IMG/VR virus record: IMGVR_UViG_3300012979_000030
Span: 42,511-106,510 of that record
Source: a virus
Taxonomy: Duplodnaviria; Caudoviricetes
DNA: 64,000 bases
Reading direction: 5' to 3' (one strand)
A program made the position numbers and the translations under genes. This document shows, piece after piece, positions 58,533-64,000 of the stretch. The first letter of the stretch is position 1. Every line of letters begins with the position of its first letter. Below the pieces are notes generated by a model that was given only the letters and a program-made list of their open reading frames with translations, made no database searches and was not told the origin of the DNA.

Positions 58533-59642
58533 ATGGATGATTTTAAGTATAAATTACCAATTGGTAAAAAAATTCTTAAACATAGAATACCATATAAAAA
58601 ACTTTCATCAATACAACAAAAGATATATAATAGAATATATGACCCAATAAATGGACCACTTGAATTTGCTGAACATTGTTGTTATGCAAATAGAAATGGT
58701 GTTATTCAATATATTCCATATGATTATCAAAGAGAAATGATTTTTAATATGCATAATTACTCCTCAATAATTTCTATGTTTGGTCGTCAACAAGGTAAAA
58801 CACAAACATCTGTATGTTATATCTTATGGTTTGCAATGGCACATTCCTATAAAACAATTTTAATTACTTCATTTGGTGATGATTCAGCAAAGAAAAACTT
58901 GGCAGATGTAAAGTTTGTATATGAGTATTGTCCTGACTTTTTGAAAGCAGGTATTGTTCGAATGAATGAATCAACTATTGTATTTGATAATGGTTCAAAA
59001 ATTATTTCAAAACCAACAACTGGTAAATCTGTTCGTGGTAACTCCCCCTCTTTAATTTATTGTGATGAGTTTGCTTTTGTAGGAACTGTTGGAAATAAAA
59101 CAGGTAGTAATTTACAAGAAGAATTCTATGCCGCTGTATCACCTGCTCTTGCTGCATCAAAGGGTAAAATATGTATTACATCAACACCTATTAGTGAAAC
59201 AGATTTATTCCATCATTTATGGGTTGGTGCTATCAATAAACGGGATGATAATGGTTTGGAAATGCCAAATGATTATATAATTGAAATAAATGGAGAAACT
59301 TATAGGGATTTACATCTATTTAAGTCAGAAGATGAAGGAAAATTGTATTTAGAATCAATTGGAAATCCTGATGGTTGGAAAATTGTTTCAAAAGAACCTT
59401 GTGGTAATAATGGTTTTATGAGTCAATTAGCAACATGGGAAAAATGTCCAGGAAGAACTGAAGAATGGGCAAGACTTGAAAGAAAGAAAGTTGGAGATGA
59501 AAGATTTTCAAGAGAGTTTAATTGTTTATCTGGTAATACACTGGTCAATATAATTGATGATAAAGGAATTGAAATAACACTCCCAATTGAAACATTGTAT
59601 TCATATCATATGTCAGATAACTCATTGAAAAATAATATATAA
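58533..59642 (+). CDS. terL: Terminase large subunit, N-terminal ATPase half fused to a split N-intein
   Basis: YDYQ, GRQQGKT (Walker A), RG, IYCDEFAF (Walker B), ITSTP, F.REFN then intein; nuclease domain absent. Confidence 0.9.
   Translation: MDDFKYKLPIGKKILKHRIPYKKLSSIQQKIYNRIYDPINGPLEFAEHCCYANRNGVIQYIPYDYQREMIFNMHNYSSIISMFGRQQGKTQTSVCYILWFAMAHSYKTILITSFGDDSAKKNLADVKFVYEYCPDFLKAGIVRMNESTIVFDNGSKIISKPTTGKSVRGNSPSLIYCDEFAFVGTVGNKTGSNLQEEFYAAVSPALAASKGKICITSTPISETDLFHHLWVGAINKRDDNGLEMPNDYIIEINGETYRDLHLFKSEDEGKLYLESIGNPDGWKIVSKEPCGNNGFMSQLATWEKCPGRTEEWARLERKKVGDERFSREFNCLSGNTLVNIIDDKGIEITLPIETLYSYHMSDNSLKNNI
59523..59642 (+). mobile_element. Atypically split intein, N-fragment (39 aa)
   Basis: CLSGNTLVNIIDDKGIEITLPIETLY... 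followed by a stop; intein block A pattern. Confidence 0.82.
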
Positions 59643-59749
59643 ATAAAAAAATTATCAAATTACAGACCTTATATAAAGAATCAATTATAAATAATTACAA
59701 AGGTTTTTTAATAAAAATACTTTTTATATTATAAATTAAGGAGAATAAT

Positions 59750-62491
59750 ATGGCATTAGCAAAAACACATATATCAATTACAGATGATTCAGTGTATACA
59801 TCTGGTATTGATGCATTAATACCATTGTATGTCTTTGCAACAGAACAAGATAAAGTTGTTGATGAAACAACTGGTGAAGTTGCTTTAGGGACAACAAAAC
59901 AATTTGCAAATGAAGTTACAATTGTTACTTCAAAAAAAGATGTTATTGAAAAATTTGGTATTCCAACATTTGTTGAATTAAATGGAACAGTTCAACAAGA
60001 TAATGAAAGAAATGAACATGGATTATATGCTTTGTATGATGCAATGGGTTCAACATCTGTTGCTTATGCATTGAGAGCAGATATTGATTTAAAACAATTA
60101 GAACCAGCAGAATTAGAACCAACATCACCTGTTAAAAATGGAACATATTGGTTAGATACTTATAATTCATCACTTGGGTTGTTTACATGTATTGGTGGTA
60201 ATATTTCTTCAAATGCTTGGGTAAAAGTGGATTCTGTTGAATTATATGACTCAAAACCAACAGCTACAGATGGTAGTTTGGGAGATTATGCTATTTGGTT
60301 TAGTGAAGGTGTTCAACATATTGAAGAAAAGACATCAGAAAAAGGTTGGGTAGAAATTGGTTCTGATGATTGGAAAGCAGTTTATACAAATGCTAAAATT
60401 TATCATCAAGCAAGTATTAAATATCCAAAAGATTATACAGTTAATTCTGTTTGGGTTAAAACAACACCAATTAATAATGGTGCCAATTATGTGTTAAAAA
60501 AATATTCTGAATCATCACAAAGATGGAACGAAGTTGATTTACCAATGTGTGTATCATTGGTAGATGCAGAAGTATCTTATGGATCATCATTGACAAATGG
60601 GTCATTGGCATTGAAATGTGATTCTAAAACAGCAAATGCTACTTTTTATAAATATACTGGTTCAAAAAAAGACGGAGAAGTAATATTACAATCTTCAGAT
60701 GTTTCAGCAAATAGTAACAAACTAACAATTAAAGTATCAAATAATGGTGTATTGAAAACACAAGAAGTCTCAGGTGATACAATTGATGCATTGGTTAACT
60801 CTATTAATGAAAAATTAAATTCATATGGTGTATATGCTGAAAAAGTAGAATCAACAATCAAAATTAAATATACAACATCTACATTAAATATAACAATTGG
60901 TTCTACATCAACTGATTATATTAATGGTGCTTGGGAAGTATTTAAAGATGTTAAAGTATCTATGACAGAACCAAGAGATGTTGCATCAGAAGGAACCCTT
61001 TGGTTTAATGATGATTTAAAAGTTGATATTATGGTTAATACTGGAACAGTTTGGAAAGGATATAACTCAATGTATCCTAATGCAAGTGTTTATGTAACAT
61101 CTGCTGAACCAACAAATGAAACAAACGAAAATTCATTATGGATTAATACTGCAAGCAATGACTATCCAGAAATTAGAAGATATATTGGTGGTGAATGGGT
61201 ATTGATGTCAAATTATGATCAATCAACACCAAATGGTGTTTTATTTGCTGATGCAAGATATTATGCAAGTAATAATGCTGAACCAACATATAGTATTTCA
61301 GACTCAGATGGAAAATTAACAAGTAATTTGTTAACAAGTGATGATGTTGACCCAGATTGTCCAAATCCTCAAACATATCCAGAAGATATGATTTTATTCA
61401 ATACAAGATTTTCAACAAATAATGTTAAAGAATATAAATCAAATCCATTTGAATTATTAGTAGATAAAGATTCAAATTATTCTGTTGGTGGTTATGAAGG
61501 AACATTAACTAAAAAAGCACGTTGGGTTTCTGCTTCTGGTAATGCAGCAGATGGTTCTGGATTATTTGGTAAAAAAGCACAAAGAGCAATGGTTGTTAGA
61601 GCATTAGCAGGTGCAATTGTATCAAATGAACAAATTAGAACTATGGATTATGATTTCTTCTTTGCAACATGTCCAGGATATCCAGAAGTTGATGATGAAT
61701 TGATTAATTTAAATACTGATAAAAAAGAAATGTTTGAAATCATTTCTGATACACCAAAAACATTAGAACCACAAGGAAGAGCAATTCAAGATTGGGGAAC
61801 TAATGTAAACAATGCAATATCACATGGATTGGATGGACGTGTATTAAAGAATGAATATGTCACAAGACAATATCCACCAATGGGTTTAACAACAAATGTT
61901 GATGGTTCTGAAATTGCTGTCCCAACATCTGTTGCAAAAATGAAAAACTTATTGGTATTGCCAAGAGGACAAATTTGTGCTGGAACTCAAAACGGTCAAA
62001 TAACAAACTTAGCATCTGTTGGTTATATTACAGAAGAAGGTGAATATTCATCAGTTGTAATCAATGATGGTTTGGGTGAGATTTGTACAACACAATCTAT
62101 TAACCCAATTATGCCAAGAAGAAATACAGGTTTATTATTGTGGGGTGAAGCAACAGAAAACCCAATCACAAGTGCATTATCTGATGAACATGCAATTATT
62201 ACATTGTTAAGATTAAAGAGAGATTTAGAAGCAGTTTGCTTACCATTCTTCTTTAGAATCAATAATGAATCTTTGCGTTCTGAATTCTACAGAGCATTAC
62301 AATCTGTATTAAATATCTATATTGGAACAGGTGAGATTTATGACTATGCCTTAGAAGTTGAAGCAGAAAATACATCTGAAAGAATCAATAGAAAAGAACT
62401 TTGGGCAGCAATTGCAATTGAAATTGCAAAGGGTGTGGAACAAATCTATATTCCAATTAGGGTTGTTTCAACTGGTGCATTATCTGCATAG
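59750..62491 (+). CDS. Contractile tail sheath protein
   Basis: ISITDDSVY, FG.P.F, ERNEHGL, ALRADIDL, CPGYPE, INPI, NT.ERINRKELW..IAIE..K.VE.IYIPIRV; TATAAATA at 59686. Confidence 0.92.
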   Translation: MALAKTHISITDDSVYTSGIDALIPLYVFATEQDKVVDETTGEVALGTTKQFANEVTIVTSKKDVIEKFGIPTFVELNGTVQQDNERNEHGLYALYDAMGSTSVAYALRADIDLKQLEPAELEPTSPVKNGTYWLDTYNSSLGLFTCIGGNISSNAWVKVDSVELYDSKPTATDGSLGDYAIWFSEGVQHIEEKTSEKGWVEIGSDDWKAVYTNAKIYHQASIKYPKDYTVNSVWVKTTPINNGANYVLKKYSESSQRWNEVDLPMCVSLVDAEVSYGSSLTNGSLALKCDSKTANATFYKYTGSKKDGEVILQSSDVSANSNKLTIKVSNNGVLKTQEVSGDTIDALVNSINEKLNSYGVYAEKVESTIKIKYTTSTLNITIGSTSTDYINGAWEVFKDVKVSMTEPRDVASEGTLWFNDDLKVDIMVNTGTVWKGYNSMYPNASVYVTSAEPTNETNENSLWINTASNDYPEIRRYIGGEWVLMSNYDQSTPNGVLFADARYYASNNAEPTYSISDSDGKLTSNLLTSDDVDPDCPNPQTYPEDMILFNTRFSTNNVKEYKSNPFELLVDKDSNYSVGGYEGTLTKKARWVSASGNAADGSGLFGKKAQRAMVVRALAGAIVSNEQIRTMDYDFFFATCPGYPEVDDELINLNTDKKEMFEIISDTPKTLEPQGRAIQDWGTNVNNAISHGLDGRVLKNEYVTRQYPPMGLTTNVDGSEIAVPTSVAKMKNLLVLPRGQICAGTQNGQITNLASVGYITEEGEYSSVVINDGLGEICTTQSINPIMPRRNTGLLLWGEATENPITSALSDEHAIITLLRLKRDLEAVCLPFFFRINNESLRSEFYRALQSVLNIYIGTGEIYDYALEVEAENTSERINRKELWAAIAIEIAKGVEQIYIPIRVVSTGALSA

Positions 62492-62510
62492 TTGTGATTA
62501 TTATAAAATA

Positions 62511-62542
62511 AAAAAATAGAGTCCATTGGACTCTATTTTTTT
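62511..62542 (+). terminator. Intrinsic terminator after sheath
   Basis: AAAAAATAGAGTCCA-TTGGACTCTATTTTTTT. Confidence 0.88.
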
Positions 62543-62613
62543 ATTGAATATATAATAGTTGTATAGTATCTTTTGGATGTTATATAAATATATATACCAA
62601 TGAGGGGATAAAA

Positions 62614-64000
62614 ATGACAATTTATGAATATCTTGGGATATCTGAAAGTGACTATAAATTCAAACGAGATTATATCCAAAATCCATTAAAGAAAGTAATT
62701 TGTAGAGTAAATGGTGGGTTGGAATATGAACAACCAGATTTGGATGATGTTAAATATCTTTATTTGACATTAAATAAATCTGCTAAAGAAATGAATAAAA
62801 TAATGGGTTATAAGATTCAAGATAAACTTAAAGTATGGTGTAATAAAAGGGAATATATGAGAACACCAAAGTTATCTAAGGAAGAATTATATAATAAGTT
62901 ATATGTTGAAAACATTCCTATGATACAAATAGCTAAATTTTTTGGGTATCAGAGTACCGCCCCAATACAATATTGGTGTAACATATATAATATTGAAATT
63001 AAGTCTCCCCGTTATGTTAAAAATAAAATTACAAGGGATAAACTATATGAACTATATATTGTTCAAAATAAAAAACTAAAAGAAGTGGTTAGTATATTTA
63101 ATAGTACCAAAAAGACAATTTTAGGACTATTACAAAAATATGAAATTAAAAAGTCTAAAGAGTTAAAATCCAAACAAAGATTTGAAGTAAACTTCTCTCA
63201 ATATCAGCAGGATATTCTTAAAGATGGGGAATCATTAGAAAAATATATATCTGAAAATAAAATAACACATGTCTTTGATTTATCAATGAAGTTGGGTATA
63301 TCCCAAAGTACACTTAACAAGTATATTAATAAGTATCGGTTAAGACATTTGTTTACATATGTTAAGTCTTCATATGAAATTGAATTAAATGATATATATA
63401 CAAACTTATTTGAATCAAATAATAAAAAAATTTTATCACCATATGAAATTGATTTATACAATGATGATAAACATATAGGAATTGAATTTAATGGAAACTA
63501 TTGGCATGGTGAGAAAATTAAAAATAAAAGATATCACCAACAAAAGTCTTTACTAGCAGAAGATAAAGATATATTCATATATCACATCTTTGAATATGAA
63601 TGGAATACTAAAAAGAAACAAATTCTTAACCAATTGAATAACTTATTAGGAATTAATGAACATAAAATATATGCAAGGAAATGTATTATTAAAGAAGTTG
63701 ATAATACAGAGAAACGACAATTCCTTTGGATAAATCACTTACAAGGTGATGATTCTAGTTCTATTAGATTGGGTTTATATTATGAAAATGAACTTGTTTC
63801 ATTGATGACATTTGTTAAACCACGATTTAATAAGAAATATCAATGGGAATTAAGTAGATTCTGTTCTAAGGCAAATTGTAATGTAATTGGTGGTGCTAGT
63901 AAGTTATTTAAGTACTTTATTAATAATTATAAACCAGTTTCAATCATATCTTATAGTAATATTGCTCATACAAGAGGTAATTTATATAAGACATTGGGAA
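62614..64000 (+). CDS. Hef-like homing endonuclease (HTH repeats + Vsr/DUF559-like nuclease + GNAT-like domain), 3' truncated; absent from ORF track
   Basis: Manual translation MTIYEYLG...; KEELYNKLYVEN and RDKLYELYIVQN repeats; YEIDLY..., GIEFNGNYWH, HIFEYEW, IYARKC, NHLQG, WELSRFC, GGASKL. Confidence 0.85.
   Translation, partial: MTIYEYLGISESDYKFKRDYIQNPLKKVICRVNGGLEYEQPDLDDVKYLYLTLNKSAKEMNKIMGYKIQDKLKVWCNKREYMRTPKLSKEELYNKLYVENIPMIQIAKFFGYQSTAPIQYWCNIYNIEIKSPRYVKNKITRDKLYELYIVQNKKLKEVVSIFNSTKKTILGLLQKYEIKKSKELKSKQRFEVNFSQYQQDILKDGESLEKYISENKITHVFDLSMKLGISQSTLNKYINKYRLRHLFTYVKSSYEIELNDIYTNLFESNNKKILSPYEIDLYNDDKHIGIEFNGNYWHGEKIKNKRYHQQKSLLAEDKDIFIYHIFEYEWNTKKKQILNQLNNLLGINEHKIYARKCIIKEVDNTEKRQFLWINHLQGDDSSSIRLGLYYENELVSLMTFVKPRFNKKYQWELSRFCSKANCNVIGGASKLFKYFINNYKPVSIISYSNIAHTRGNLYKTLG

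Noticed and set aside
58533-59642. terL pseudogene
   Set aside because: The truncation falls exactly at an intein block A start after REFN, and the ATPase motifs are intact, which points to a split intein.
1285-63461. Many short opposite-strand or alternate-frame ORFs in the track (e.g. 4926-5369, 32687-33142, 38262-38717, 49898-50365, 63204-63461)
   Set aside because: They lie within well-supported genes, lack RBSs and show the Ser/Ile/Phe bias of antisense shadows.
1-64000. Alternative genetic code (TAG or TGA reassignment as in some gut jumbo phages)
   Set aside because: Long conserved genes are intact under code 11, and TAG ends groES and the sheath gene at their expected C-termini.
1-64000. 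tRNA, rRNA or tmRNA genes
   Set aside because: No cloverleaf-like GC-rich segment with a T-loop GTTCRA motif was seen in intergenic DNA by eye; tRNAscan-SE or ARAGORN would be needed to exclude them fully.

Overview
This window is a very AT-rich, gene-dense segment of a lytic jumbo myophage with a T4-type core. The ~900-aa tail sheath, neck/NUDIX pair, gp4 nuclease and UvsW resemble Rak2/GAP32/Atu_ph07-like phages (inference from recalled architecture). Standard code 11 fits, and no tRNA, rRNA or CRISPR array was seen. Left to right: nucleotide and RNA-repair genes (dNMP kinase, YqeY, PNK-phosphatase); two amidoligase paralogs; a clamp loader; a 10-kb tandem array of 11 orphan DNA methyltransferases, one with an intein at its catalytic Cys; an atypical NarL/LuxR regulator divergent from an 8-gene unknown cassette; tail-fibre and baseplate genes (Mtd-N, RCC1 repeats, PEGA-like modules); groES-groEL; gp4; UvsW; an iteron-rich intergenic region next to a wHTH gene; neck; NUDIX; nrdD-nrdG; SAM-lyase-like and DHH genes; three more amidoligases; a terminase N-half ending in a 39-aa atypically split N-intein; tail sheath; and a Hef-like endonuclease running off the end. 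The best candidate for an undescribed system is the five-member amidoligase family. Three copies have late-type promoters and N-terminal L-x-E propeptides (probably packaged and injected), while two have sigma70 promoters and no propeptide, mirroring the T4 Alt versus ModA/ModB split. All family calls come from motifs read by eye; no searches were run.
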